A stretch of DNA of 64,000 nucleotides, taken from Candidatus Hermodarchaeota archaeon. GTDB lineage: Archaea; Asgardarchaeota; Hermodarchaeia; Hermodarchaeales; Hermodarchaeaceae. Under the pieces are notes generated by a model. That model did not search any database and had not been told where the DNA came from. It worked only from the letters and a program-made list of their open reading frames with translations. The stretch is taken from NCBI GenBank assembly GCA_016839805.1, contig JAEOTO010000009.1, forward strand, positions 1 to 64,000. Direction: 5' to 3'. Shown piece after piece: positions 7,624-18,075 of the stretch. Positions within the stretch are counted from its first letter, which is position 1, and each line of letters opens with the position of its first letter. The position numbers were made by a program, and so were the translations under genes.

Positions 7624-8421
7624 TTATAGGAGGGTGATGAGTATTCCCCATTGGCCGATACTTAGCTGGAGTTCATTTCTGAATTCTTTGGCGTATCCTT
7701 CTTCGATGCGAATGGAGGTGTTCTCTTTTACTTGCCTAATCTGTTCATTCCATAGGACGAGTTTGATTGAGCCTGTATCATTGGTAAGTGTTGCATCGGC
7801 TACTTTGAGTTCTTTACCGGTCTTCTTCGAAATCACGGTGCGTGGACTGGAGAAATGATCCACTCTTCCTTCAACCAGAACTCTTTGTTGACCGTGCTGA
7901 ATGTTTGCAATCTGTGACATGGCTCGGGGAAATTTATCTGTCAGTCTTTTTTCATAATAGATGCCGTTCCATGTAGGATTGTCATGGGTTGTCCCAATTT
8001 GGACAAATCCAAGTCTCTTATAGAACGGATTTGTTCTTACATTCCACTCAGGAGTGCCTGCCACCCAAAGATCTGCGGATGGGTATTTTTCCCAGACACG
8101 TTCGAAGGCGTTCGTAGCAATGCTCTTTCTCATATAATCAGGGTCGACCCAGATTCTCTCACACACTTGATACCCTGGACCCCTATTCCCAGCAATGAAT
8201 CCTCCAACAATTTTAGAACCAAACAGAATCTTTCGATATTGCAGCCATTTGTTCTGAATTATCTTGGTGTTCCATTCAATAGAGTCATACCCTGGTGGAC
8301 CACCAGGACCAGGAGCACCAAACTCCGAGTCTGAATCAAACGCCCTTCTACACGTTTCTGTAAGAATCTCAACATCTTCAACCTCTGCCTTCTGAAGAGA
8401 AACATCATTAGGTTGATTCAT
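7624..8421 (-). CDS. GNAT N-acetyltransferase fused to a C-terminal SSB/RPA-type OB fold
   Basis: GNAT: IWVDPDYMRKSIA, NPFYKRLGF; OB: VADATLTNDTGSIKLVLWNEQ...IEEGYAKEFRNELQLSIG. Confidence 0.82.
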   Translation of the reverse strand: MNQPNDVSLQKAEVEDVEILTETCRRAFDSDSEFGAPGPGGPPGYDSIEWNTKIIQNKWLQYRKILFGSKIVGGFIAGNRGPGYQVCERIWVDPDYMRKSIATNAFERVWEKYPSADLWVAGTPEWNVRTNPFYKRLGFVQIGTTHDNPTWNGIYYEKRLTDKFPRAMSQIANIQHGQQRVLVEGRVDHFSSPRTVISKKTGKELKVADATLTNDTGSIKLVLWNEQIRQVKENTSIRIEEGYAKEFRNELQLSIGQWGILITLL

Positions 8422-8541
8422 GATAAGCACCAAGACGTTCGAGATAACACCCTAGTATCTCTGCTTCTCTCAATGATAGCAAGCTAAGGCTAGGGCCATC
8501 ATAAAAATCCTCTACTTCCCACCACAACCCACTCAACGCTA

Positions 8542-9639
8542 TTACAGTATCATCCAACTCGCTGCCTTGATCCCACGTTCCAGCGTCTCAACGCTGCCCG
8601 AAAAGGAAGCCGACTCGTCTGGGAGAAAGGTCTGTTGATTGTGTTGCCATTCAACCAAACTGACGAAGATGGTTCCGATGGAGAGGGTTAGTTCGATGGC
8701 GAGAGCTTGGAGGGGGAAGCTTGGAATACGGGGGACGGTGAGTACGGGGATGGGTTCGAGGGGGGTTACCTGTCCGAGCCATCGCATGGCTTCGAAGAGG
8801 AGGGGGTATTCGGAGTCTTCGTCGGTGGGTTCGGGGAGGTATTCGGGGGGGAATTGCCAGCCGTCGCGGTCGCTGCCTTCTTCGATTTCTGCGTGGGGTC
8901 CAATGAGGAAGACTCGGCCACTTCCGTAGTTGCAGGACACTATTGCAGGGTCACCAGTTAGGTCATATGTGCCTAAAACGGTGTAATCTGTATCGTCGTA
9001 TGGTTGGATGTAGGGGCCACCAACATAGAGGATTTGATAGGCTGCAGGCAGCGAATCGGTAATGGGGTGGGTCTGGTTGATGATGTTAATTTGGGTCATC
9101 GCATACCCGGGTTCAGGTCGATCAGCGATTTCAAAGATGGGTCCCCAGGCGACGCCTGGAAAGAGGTCAAGGTTCAGTTCGTCGCCTTCCACCTTATAGT
9201 TTGGTGGCGGAAAGTTGGCGTCGTCCATCCAGACCATGTAGTCACAGGCATAGTAGGCACCGGCGCAGATGCCAAAGTAGCCGCCGCCGTTGGCGACGAA
9301 TTCTTGGATCTTAGTTTTTCCTTCGAGGCCGACTTCTTCCCAATAGGCCGGGTAATGTCCGCCCGGCCAGATGAGCACATCAACATCGGTGAGGGCTCCG
9401 GCTTGGATGTCGGATCCACGAAGGGTCGTGAATTCACAGCCTATCCACGCAACGAGGTTAGGAATGATGATATCATCGACGGACCAGGCGCCCTCCCCAT
9501 TATAGTAGGCCACGCGGAGATCCTGCATTCGTCGACCAGAAGAAAGATAAACAAAGTGCGTGTACAAAACCGGGATCCCGATCACGACGATTAGGCTCAA
9601 TCCTAGGACAACAGCTACTACCCTAGTCCGTTTCCTCAT
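8542..9639 (-). CDS. Membrane-anchored BPL-N / class I glutamine amidotransferase-like hydrolase
   Basis: LIWPGG, GGGYFGICAGAY nucleophile elbow, GPHAE triad; N-terminal TM. Confidence 0.8.
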   Translation of the reverse strand: MRKRTRVVAVVLGLSLIVVIGIPVLYTHFVYLSSGRRMQDLRVAYYNGEGAWSVDDIIIPNLVAWIGCEFTTLRGSDIQAGALTDVDVLIWPGGHYPAYWEEVGLEGKTKIQEFVANGGGYFGICAGAYYACDYMVWMDDANFPPPNYKVEGDELNLDLFPGVAWGPIFEIADRPEPGYAMTQINIINQTHPITDSLPAAYQILYVGGPYIQPYDDTDYTVLGTYDLTGDPAIVSCNYGSGRVFLIGPHAEIEEGSDRDGWQFPPEYLPEPTDEDSEYPLLFEAMRWLGQVTPLEPIPVLTVPRIPSFPLQALAIELTLSIGTIFVSLVEWQHNQQTFLPDESASFSGSVETLERGIKAASWMIL

Positions 9640-9767
9640 TGAATTCGCCCCGCTTCTAATAGCCTTCAGGACGGTATAAATGCTTCAATCGGGAAACCTC
9701 CTGAGGAATGGGACAGGTTATGGTTGCTGCTGGTCTGCGGATAGGCGAAAAGTCTGCAAGGATTCTT

Positions 9768-11214
9768 TTATTTTGGTGGTTTGTAACTTTCGGCTTGTTT
9801 TCTGGCTAAATCATGTGGTGGTTTCATATCCGCAGGAAGAGGAGATTTGTAGGTTTTGTCTTTCATGCGGTGTTTAAACTCGCCTTGGACCTTTTTGAGG
9901 GCTTCAGGTTTGGTCAGTAGGTCCAGGGCAGTGGTGGCTAGTGTTTTCGCAGAAAAGATGAGGGATTTGTGACCGATGCTCATGCCACAATGGGCAACTG
10001 TCCGCCAAGAATGAAAGGGGTCTACGATTGCACTTGTGGTTGTGTTGAATTCAAGGGCTGGGGCTTTCCAGCTGACGTCGCCGACATCAGTGGAGCTAGG
10101 CCAGACGATGCCTTCATCCCAGGGGTCTTCGACGGTGTTGCAGAGTGTCACGTCCATGAACTTTTCCCATTGGGGGTGTTTTAATGCTTGTAACATCATG
10201 CGTTTTTCTTCTAGGGTTATATCTTGAATGATGGTTTTGCTGAATTGGATTTCTTTGGCATCATATTGGGGTGCTCCGATTTCGCGCATGTTGGCAACTA
10301 TGAGGGCGCTGAGTTGTTTGTTAGGAATTACATTATGACAGCCAATCTCTTGTTCAATGGTGTGTGTGGTACCTGTCATTAAATCGGCGCCATCGGCAAT
10401 TTTGAGGATTCGCTGGTAGATCTGTTCGAGTTGTTCCATTTCTGGAGCCCGAACAAAATACCAACTCCTGGCATACTCAGGAACTATGTTTGGTTGGGTT
10501 CCTCCTTGTTGGATTACGTAATGAATGCGGGCTTTGTCAATGATGTGCTCGCGCAGGAAGTTTACCCCGATATTCATGAGTTCCACTGCGTCAAGAGCGC
10601 AACGTCCAAGTTCCGGAGAACCGGCGGCATGAGCACTTTTTCCATAAAAGTGGAATTTATAGGACTTGATAGCATTGGAGCTCCCAATGAGGGCAGAGTT
10701 CCAAGAATTTGGGTGATGACTGAGAACGGCATTCACATCATCGAAAAACCCATCCCGAACCATGAATAATTTCCCTCCATAATTTTCTTCTGCAGGCGTA
10801 CCATAGAAACGGATTGTGCCTTTGATGTCATTTTCAGCCATTGCAATTTTTGTGGCTATGGCGCCTCCTAGGCCTGAGGTTCCATGGATGTTGTGTCCGC
10901 AGCCATGACCTGGAGCGCCTTCTATAACAGGCTCTTTCGTTGGAACAGCCTTTTGTGATAACCCAGGGAGCGCGTCATATTCGCCCATAATACCAATAAT
11001 TGGGTGTCCTTTCCCGTAGTTAGCGATAAAGGCGGTCGGCATATCTGCAATGCCACGTTGCACCTGGAAGCCATGTTCTTCTAGTGTATCTGCCAATAGG
11101 GCAGCGGACTTGAATTCCAAGTCCCAGTTCAGCATACTCCCAAATTTTGTCGCTTATTTCGATGAGTCGTGTTTTGTTCTTCTCTATCCAGTTAATCGCA
11201 GTTTGTTTGACCAT
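9768..11214 (-). pseudogene. M20 amidohydrolase (AbgB-like), frameshifted near codon 33
   Basis: N-terminus MVKQTAINW...WEYAELGL (ORF 11020..11214) continues as EFKSAALLADTLEEHG in another frame; 2 nt missing versus the paralog (CTT G GAA TTC vs CTT GAA GAA TTC); GEYDALPGL, GHGCGHN, PAEE motifs. Confidence 0.75.
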
Positions 11215-11321
11215 AAACCATACCAGAAGACCACTATTATGCCCTATTAGCTTAAATATTCTAAATTCAGGATAGAAATGCCTGCATATGTGCCAGCGGA
11301 GGGTGTTGAGGGGGTGTCACA

Positions 11322-12320
11322 TCAGCTGGTGTTAGGGGGGTGTTCTTGGAGGATTTGTGCGAGTTTTGTTGAACCGATGTTGCCGCCTGAAACGATGCAA
11401 ACGATGGTTCCTGTTCCCGCTTGACCGGAAAGTGCCGCAGCAACAGATACAGCGCCGGCACCTTCGGCAATAATTGAATTGCGATTGGCGAGGAGGCGAA
11501 CGGCGTGGGCGGTTTCTTCGACGGTAACAACGAGGACGCCATCGAGTAATTTTTGGGCGAATTCCCACATTTCTGGTAAAAGAAAGGGATATCCAATTCC
11601 ATCAACGAAACTGGGCGTATAAGGGATTGAGGTGGGAATGTGTCCTAACTTGAAGGCGTCAGCTAAGGGTGAACAAGATTCCACTTCTGCTGCGAAAATT
11701 TTCACTTGTGATTTAAGGCCACGCAGGGCTGATGCAATACCCACCGTTAACCCGCCACCCCCCCATGGAATAATAACCGAGTCCATATCAGGCAAATCTT
11801 CAATGAGTTCTAATCCGATGGTTCCATTCCCCGCCATGACCGCGGGATCAAAAAAAGGATGGACAAACCGACCTTTCATCTCCTCATAGCTTTGCGATAT
11901 GAGGGCTTGAAGGCCTTCTGGAATCGGTACGGTGATAGTTTGTGCACCGAATCGATGAATGGCATCTACTTTTGCTTGAGAGATGCCTTCGGGCACTAGA
12001 ATTGTACAGTTGATATTGAGGTTCTGCGAATGCCAGGCTAGAGCTTGAGCAAAATTTCCGGAGCTCACGGTCCATATCCCTTCCTTTAGTTGTGACCTTT
12101 TGGCTTCTTTCAAAGCGTTACTCGCTGCACGAATTTTAAACGACCTAACAGGTTGGAGATTTTCTAATTTCAGATAGATTTGAGCGGGTGATTCATCAGT
12201 TTTGAGGCGTACAAGCGGTGTTCGAAGAATGTCAGATGAAATCCGTTTCTGGGCGGTCTTAATGCTTGAAAGGGGTATTGGAACTGATGATTTATCAGGT
12301 CTTTTTGACATCTGAATCAC
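11322..12320 (-). CDS. PLP-dependent threonine/serine dehydratase (fold type II)
   Basis: LKLENLQPVRSFKIR, SSGNFAQ, GGGGL, SGGN. Confidence 0.88.
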   Translation of the reverse strand: MIQMSKRPDKSSVPIPLSSIKTAQKRISSDILRTPLVRLKTDESPAQIYLKLENLQPVRSFKIRAASNALKEAKRSQLKEGIWTVSSGNFAQALAWHSQNLNINCTILVPEGISQAKVDAIHRFGAQTITVPIPEGLQALISQSYEEMKGRFVHPFFDPAVMAGNGTIGLELIEDLPDMDSVIIPWGGGGLTVGIASALRGLKSQVKIFAAEVESCSPLADAFKLGHIPTSIPYTPSFVDGIGYPFLLPEMWEFAQKLLDGVLVVTVEETAHAVRLLANRNSIIAEGAGAVSVAAALSGQAGTGTIVCIVSGGNIGSTKLAQILQEHPPNTS

Positions 12321-12463
12321 CTATACACGGAGAACTAGAGTCCTCGATGGTTATTGGATAATTAGTTGATAAGACCGATATAAGCGAAAGGGATTGTGAT
12401 CTAAATTCGTTTGAGATAAAGGATCACAACAGATTTTTTTTCTTTAAATCTAATTTCATCACA

Positions 12464-13261
12464 ATGAAAAACTATCCTCGGATGATAACCCCATCCACAG
12501 AACCTTATGATCCGATTCAGCTAGCAGAAGCGACACAACAGATTGTATGTCGTCCTGAGGACTACGCACGAAAATATACGAGTGTGTATATCGCAGGGGT
12601 CTATGGTGGAATTGCGACGGCGTATGCTGTGGGCTGTCCGTTGCGGTGTACTTTTTGTTGGGTGGATGATTCGCGGGAATATCCGGAGCGCCGTGGACGA
12701 TTTTACACGCCCGAAGCATTAGTGGATGCCCTCTGGGATGCCGTGCGTGAAGGGTATATTCGGAAGGCTCGTATTTCTGGGGCTGAACCCACCCTGTGTA
12801 AAGCGCATTTATTAGCGGTGTTACCGCTCATTGAGGACTCGTTGTTTGAAACCTTTATGTTGGAGACGAATGGCATATTGTTTGGAGCGGATCCAGATTA
12901 TGCAAAACGGGTGGCGCAATATGAGAAGGTGCATATTCGTTTGAGTTTGAAGGCGGCTACACCCGAGGGTTTTCAGAAGCGGACAGGCGCTCGAGGTGAA
13001 AGTATGGAATTACCGTTCCAAGCGATTGAGAATCTCTTACGGGCAAAGGCCAGTTTTCATGTGGCAGCTATGACGGATCCACGGTTAATGCCACAAACCG
13101 AACGGGAGTTACTAATTACCCGGCTGGCTGACCTGGATATGATGTTGGCTGAAAATCTGGAAGAAGAACAATGTGATCCTTATAAGGCTACGATTCGTCG
13201 ACTTGATGCTGCGGGCGTCGATGTTAAAACTTTCTTTTCGAATGCTGGGTTGGACGTTTAG
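12464..13261 (+). CDS. Radical SAM protein (archaeal Fe-S oxidoreductase family)
   Basis: GCPLRCTFCW, RISGAEP, LETNG. Confidence 0.85.
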   Translation: MKNYPRMITPSTEPYDPIQLAEATQQIVCRPEDYARKYTSVYIAGVYGGIATAYAVGCPLRCTFCWVDDSREYPERRGRFYTPEALVDALWDAVREGYIRKARISGAEPTLCKAHLLAVLPLIEDSLFETFMLETNGILFGADPDYAKRVAQYEKVHIRLSLKAATPEGFQKRTGARGESMELPFQAIENLLRAKASFHVAAMTDPRLMPQTERELLITRLADLDMMLAENLEEEQCDPYKATIRRLDAAGVDVKTFFSNAGLDV

Positions 13262-13294
13262 GGTTTTTATTCTATGAGTCGCTAGTGGGCATAC

Positions 13295-13690
13295 ATGAGT
13301 TTCCTTTTGGACCCGTTTTTGTTGGTATTGTGTGGGGCAGTCATTGTATGGTTGCGGAATCGCTGGTTGTACCGGGTGACACCGCATGCCACGAAGGTGC
13401 TCGGCGTTATGACAGTTCTGTTGTTTTGGGTGGTGGCGGGGTCGTTGTATTTGAACTTGGGGTGGTTTGATGGGATCTGGTTGTGGACGGGTCGTGCGGT
13501 GAATGGGCGAGACTTCATGATTAACAGTGGCTTGTTCCAATTTGAGTATGTGTACACGATAGGGCTGATTGATGCGATTGCCCTCATTTTATTCGGGCTC
13601 TATCCGCTGTGGCTGTATTGTGGAGTGTTTCTGGGATATTTGCTGTTCGGTCGTCATGAAGGACAAACCGGGATGGTCGGACTGCTTTGA
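13295..13690 (+). CDS. Small integral membrane protein
   Basis: Three hydrophobic helices; operonic position between radical SAM and epimerase genes. Confidence 0.65.
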   Translation: MSFLLDPFLLVLCGAVIVWLRNRWLYRVTPHATKVLGVMTVLLFWVVAGSLYLNLGWFDGIWLWTGRAVNGRDFMINSGLFQFEYVYTIGLIDAIALILFGLYPLWLYCGVFLGYLLFGRHEGQTGMVGLL

Positions 13691-13712
13691 ACCCTACGGA
13701 GAGGAGCGCAAG

Positions 13713-14717
13713 ATGAAGAGACGAGTGTGTTTGGTAACAGGGGCGTGTGGGTTTGTTGGAAGCCATTTCATTGATCAGTTACTCCAACATCCCGAATATG
13801 AGGTTCGGGGAACCGATTTAGCGAGCGCGGATCAGACCTTCTTGAATCCTGACGCAGAATTCATGCCCGGAGATCTTAGGGACCCAACAACTTTTGCTCC
13901 CATTGTCAAAGGTGTTGATTTCATTTTTCATGCAGCTTCGCTATTTCGCTACTCTGCATCTTGGGATAACTTGTCAGCGGTGAATGTTGAAGGCACTCGA
14001 AATCTTTGTAGTGTTGCAATGAAAGCAAAGGTTTCGAAATTTGTGCTCATTAGCAGTGCAGGTGTCTATGGAATTCCCTGCTCAATACCTGTTCGAGAAG
14101 AGGATTCTCTCCATCCATCAAATCCATATGAACAATCAAAATTAGACCAGGAACAGGCTGCACAACAGGTCTGTGAAGATGGAAAACTGGGTCTAACTAT
14201 TCTCCGTCCCGCTCCCATTTATGGACCTCGAAATCGTTATGGGATTGGCACTATATTGCGGATGGTGGCTTATGGACAACTCCCTATCATTTCAGAGAAT
14301 GTCAATACCTTAGTCCCATTGGTCCACGTTGCTGATGTGGTTGGCGCTGGCCTGCACTTATTAACTCATCCTGCAGCAACTGGTCAAATCTTCAACGTGG
14401 TCGATGATACTACATACCGCAAATACGAATTATTTTCTTACATAGCTCCACTACTGAATACTAAAATTTACCACACACGGGTTCCACTTCTACCCAAGTG
14501 GCTTCTTAAAGCTGTAGCCTCATGGTCGGAGTGGAAGGCTCGGAATATCACACATGACCTGCCTAAGATAGAAAAGGCTACAATTGATTTGATGTATCAT
14601 AACTATTGGTTTAGTAATGCTAAACTCAAAGCTACCGGCTATCAACTCATCTATCCTGACTCGCGCTTTGGATTAAAAGATACCATTGACTGGTTTAAAC
14701 GCCATGATTGGCTCTAG
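13713..14717 (+). CDS. NAD-dependent epimerase/dehydratase (extended SDR, 3-beta-HSD-like)
   Basis: VTGACGFVG, YEQSK, LRPAPIYGP; GAGGAG RBS before ATG 13713. Confidence 0.88.
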   Translation: MKRRVCLVTGACGFVGSHFIDQLLQHPEYEVRGTDLASADQTFLNPDAEFMPGDLRDPTTFAPIVKGVDFIFHAASLFRYSASWDNLSAVNVEGTRNLCSVAMKAKVSKFVLISSAGVYGIPCSIPVREEDSLHPSNPYEQSKLDQEQAAQQVCEDGKLGLTILRPAPIYGPRNRYGIGTILRMVAYGQLPIISENVNTLVPLVHVADVVGAGLHLLTHPAATGQIFNVVDDTTYRKYELFSYIAPLLNTKIYHTRVPLLPKWLLKAVASWSEWKARNITHDLPKIEKATIDLMYHNYWFSNAKLKATGYQLIYPDSRFGLKDTIDWFKRHDWL

Positions 14718-14808
14718 CGACATGCTGTTGCTAGGGCATTTATTGATGGTTCTATGTACTTGAAGCGATTTTAAGGAACAGCTGACTGGATTGTAGGGTT
14801 AGGTTCGA

Positions 14809-15549
14809 TTAAGACTGGGTTCGTCGGCGTCGGAGTAAAGTGATGCCTACAGCCGTGAGGACTCCTACCACGATGGCTGCGATGGGGAAGCCAGGGATTG
14901 GTGGTTGAGCTAATACTCCATCTGTACCGCTGACAACGATATTGTCGATACCGTAGCCGTGGGGGGCACTTCCCAAACTGAAGTAATTAGAGGTAGTATA
15001 GGTGTTGTCTAAGGCCGTGAGGTATAGTGAACCTTCGACCCGGACATAGAAGGTGCCATTGGCGAGTCGGTCGATTTGGATGTCCTTCATACCGTCTGCG
15101 GGAGCGTAGGTGGCGCTGTCAAGTATGATTTCAGTCGTATCTGTTGATTTGATTAAATTGATGTGTGTGTTATTCAGTTCAATAAGATAGCCTTCCATGG
15201 TGGTATCAAAAATTGATGTGGTTTTGACATTGTGCATGAACCCGACGATGCCTTTTGTACACGTGGAGATGTAAAGCAAGTCGAAGGTCCAGGTGCCATA
15301 GGATGCATCGCTAGCTCGGTAGATATGCGCCTCGTGTGGGAAACCGGTAGAGCTTGTTGAGCGCAGAATCCCGACACCGGCTGCAAATCCCCCAATTGTG
15401 ACGTTCCACTCTGGGTAGAAGCTTCCATCGGTGAAGTTGTCTGTCCAATAGACATCGGCGGCCGCACAGGGTGGGATGGTTGAAACCGCTACATTCAATA
15501 TCAGAATTGATCCTATTACAAATGCTAAGAGGAGATGTTGTTTTTGCAT
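14809..15549 (-). CDS. Cell-surface beta-sandwich protein with PGF-type C-terminal sorting signal
   Basis: Signal peptide; WTDNFTDG...GTWTFD...IDNIVV; PPIPGFP-TM-RRRR tail. Confidence 0.75.
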   Translation of the reverse strand: MQKQHLLLAFVIGSILILNVAVSTIPPCAAADVYWTDNFTDGSFYPEWNVTIGGFAAGVGILRSTSSTGFPHEAHIYRASDASYGTWTFDLLYISTCTKGIVGFMHNVKTTSIFDTTMEGYLIELNNTHINLIKSTDTTEIILDSATYAPADGMKDIQIDRLANGTFYVRVEGSLYLTALDNTYTTSNYFSLGSAPHGYGIDNIVVSGTDGVLAQPPIPGFPIAAIVVGVLTAVGITLLRRRRTQS

Positions 15550-15683
15550 GTATTTTCCCTCGATGCAAGCGGTTCCCCGGACTCTTTCATGCCACGTTCG
15601 TAACGCAGGTTCCAGGGAATAGTTACTTGTTGCTTCAATGTTGTTCTTATAATTATGTTTTCAGTCCGTCTATGCAGCGGTTG

Positions 15684-17291
15684 TTAACTGGTTGGTGCTA
15701 GTGTAATCTGTTTTTTCGCATATGTGATAATGATTGGAATTACTACTAGTTGGAGCTGGAGTTTGGGTGGACAGGAGTTGTGGGTTGTTAATCCTGTATA
15801 TTCGATAGTTAGCCAGAGGATTGACTGGGGAGGGAAACGGATGTTTGTGTCACTGAGTTGTCCACTGGTGGGTGTTAAGCTAGTAGAGGGTGTCCAGCCG
15901 TTGTATTGCAGAATTGACATATTGGACAATTCCTTCCCGTAAATCTGATACGGTCCACCAGGAGCCCCTAAAAGGGTGATACGGCAAGTTGTGGAGCGTA
16001 TCCCATGGTTAACCACGAGAACCGTGTAATTATTTTGCCCAGCTCCTCGTGTTACAAGATACGTGAGAGGAGGGGGGAAATAGCCTAAGAGGGTGAGTGG
16101 ATTAATGGCTGCTGGGAGCACAGGATTTTCTGTTATTGCCACGAAGGGTTTCAGGGCATGGAAGCTGGGTTTTGCTGTGGTAGGGTTCCGAGTGAGAAGA
16201 CCAAAGTTGGCTTCGGGACCGAAGAGTATCCAAGTGGGTGGGGGCATGGGTGTGTCTTTGGTTATTGAAAAACATGCAATATCAATGCCATTATCTGCAG
16301 CTCCGATTAAGACGGCAGTTGCATGTAGCGCTGCTTGCATTGTCCCCCATTGTGTATCCGATGAGAGATCTTGTCCCCATTCATCAAAGACCCGTTCGCA
16401 ATCATAGAATCCATTGTCATCTAATAGCGTTGTGACAGTGTGTATTGCATGAATCACTTGTGCAGGGTTATCCCAATATGCATGCCATGAGAAAAAGTCC
16501 AAGGGGACTCCATGAGTATTGACAGTAGACAATACGTTTGTCGTCCATTGGGTGAGATTGATATCAGCTAAACCTGGTCCACCAATCTTGAACGATACCC
16601 CTAATTGGGTTAGTCGAGCTGATACGACTGTATACAAGTTAAGAAACTCCGACATGGAACCATTCCAGAATGCGGAGAGGTTCGGTTCATTTCCAATTTC
16701 AACATAATCAAATGAGTAACTATGTCCGGTACCTCCAGGCCAGCCCTGTGTATAGTGCATCAACACTCGCGCCACCACTTCTGAATACGCCGCCAAATCT
16801 AGTGGCGGCTTATTAGGTGCTCCATCTCGGGCTAGAGAGCGCGGACATCCCGTGAAGGTCAAAATGGGTTTGGCACCTGTTTCGTTGACAACTTCGAAGA
16901 GGAGGTCGAGGTAGGTCCAGTTATAAAATTGTGGATTTTGGGCATCTGCTAACGACGTTCCATTAAATATTGTATGATACCATCCCCATCCAAGCCCTGC
17001 CGCAAGCTGCGCGCCAAACTGACACCAAACACGCATCCGTTGTAGCCCTAAACTGCGGAACAGGTCATAGGCAATCTGGTCCCCATGAACTTCCGTAACA
17101 TCCGGACCATAATCGTTGACACCCACTAGCTCGTGAACCGCCTCAAGTTCTTGTTGGGTCTGTACAAGAAGCTCCAGATCAGGACCTAACACACCAAAAT
17201 AACTAAGCACAAGCCAACTACTGATGCCTATAAGGAAAATCACACAAATAATAGCTACTGCTTTTCTTTTACGCATGTTTAGACCTGCCAT
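15684..17291 (-). CDS. Membrane-anchored GH39-like glycoside hydrolase
   Basis: YNWTYLD, EIGNEPN acid/base, DFFSWHAY, FDEWG nucleophile; N-terminal TM. Confidence 0.8.
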   Translation of the reverse strand: MAGLNMRKRKAVAIICVIFLIGISSWLVLSYFGVLGPDLELLVQTQQELEAVHELVGVNDYGPDVTEVHGDQIAYDLFRSLGLQRMRVWCQFGAQLAAGLGWGWYHTIFNGTSLADAQNPQFYNWTYLDLLFEVVNETGAKPILTFTGCPRSLARDGAPNKPPLDLAAYSEVVARVLMHYTQGWPGGTGHSYSFDYVEIGNEPNLSAFWNGSMSEFLNLYTVVSARLTQLGVSFKIGGPGLADINLTQWTTNVLSTVNTHGVPLDFFSWHAYWDNPAQVIHAIHTVTTLLDDNGFYDCERVFDEWGQDLSSDTQWGTMQAALHATAVLIGAADNGIDIACFSITKDTPMPPPTWILFGPEANFGLLTRNPTTAKPSFHALKPFVAITENPVLPAAINPLTLLGYFPPPLTYLVTRGAGQNNYTVLVVNHGIRSTTCRITLLGAPGGPYQIYGKELSNMSILQYNGWTPSTSLTPTSGQLSDTNIRFPPQSILWLTIEYTGLTTHNSCPPKLQLQLVVIPIIITYAKKQITLAPTS

Positions 17292-17470
17292 CCCCTCTTT
17301 TAGTCCCCTTCTTTCTAATTAGATTAACCTGCGCCAACAAGAATGAGATTTGTTAATGGAAGTATGGAAATAAGTGGGTTTTAAGCAATAATTTCAGGAT
17401 TTTTATTCGGAGAGAAGACCAATATAATAGAAAGTATACATTTGTCTTTATTCCCATATAGGAGGGATCA

Positions 17471-18064
17471 TTGGTGGCAACACCAAGTCTAACGGGTCGA
17501 AAAGCCGAAGTATTATGGGCACTCCCCTATCTTGTAGATTTAGCCAAAGACGTATTGTCTGAAGAAGAGTATATTGAAGCTGAAACCACCGCGGTCTATT
17601 TGGTCCGAACTAAACAGCTGAATGACGCAGCAATGAAACGATTAACAACCTTAGTTGCACCACCACCCAAACAACCATTAACAGAGGCCCAACAGGCACT
17701 CAAAGCGTTGCCAAGATTTACCAGAGAAGCCATTCGGTATTTAGCTGACTATATCGAATTGTTAGTTCGCGCATGGAGTTTCGAGATTACCGGTGATGCC
17801 ACCACCAAAACCAGGTCACTAGGCCATAATGTCCGACGGTTGATACCAAAGAAATTCGGACTACCCACTGATCTCATCGATCACCTGAAGCGCTACAATT
17901 CATTCCTCTTTACACCCACAAAACATGATTTCACCATCTTCAAAGGACAACGACACCGCTTTACATCACGAGAGGTTGTCCTGATCGCTTACATCACCAT
18001 GAAACTAGCTGAACGAATAATTGAGTTATCTCCCGCTGCACGCCTCCAAGCCATCGCCTTCTAG
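17471..18064 (+). CDS. Hypothetical helical protein (possibly HEPN-like)
   Basis: 197-aa ORF with GGAGG RBS; SLG...YN...PTKHD pattern only weakly HEPN-like. Confidence 0.55.
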   Translation: MVATPSLTGRKAEVLWALPYLVDLAKDVLSEEEYIEAETTAVYLVRTKQLNDAAMKRLTTLVAPPPKQPLTEAQQALKALPRFTREAIRYLADYIELLVRAWSFEITGDATTKTRSLGHNVRRLIPKKFGLPTDLIDHLKRYNSFLFTPTKHDFTIFKGQRHRFTSREVVLIAYITMKLAERIIELSPAARLQAIAF

Positions 18065-18075
18065 CTTGCCAGAGG

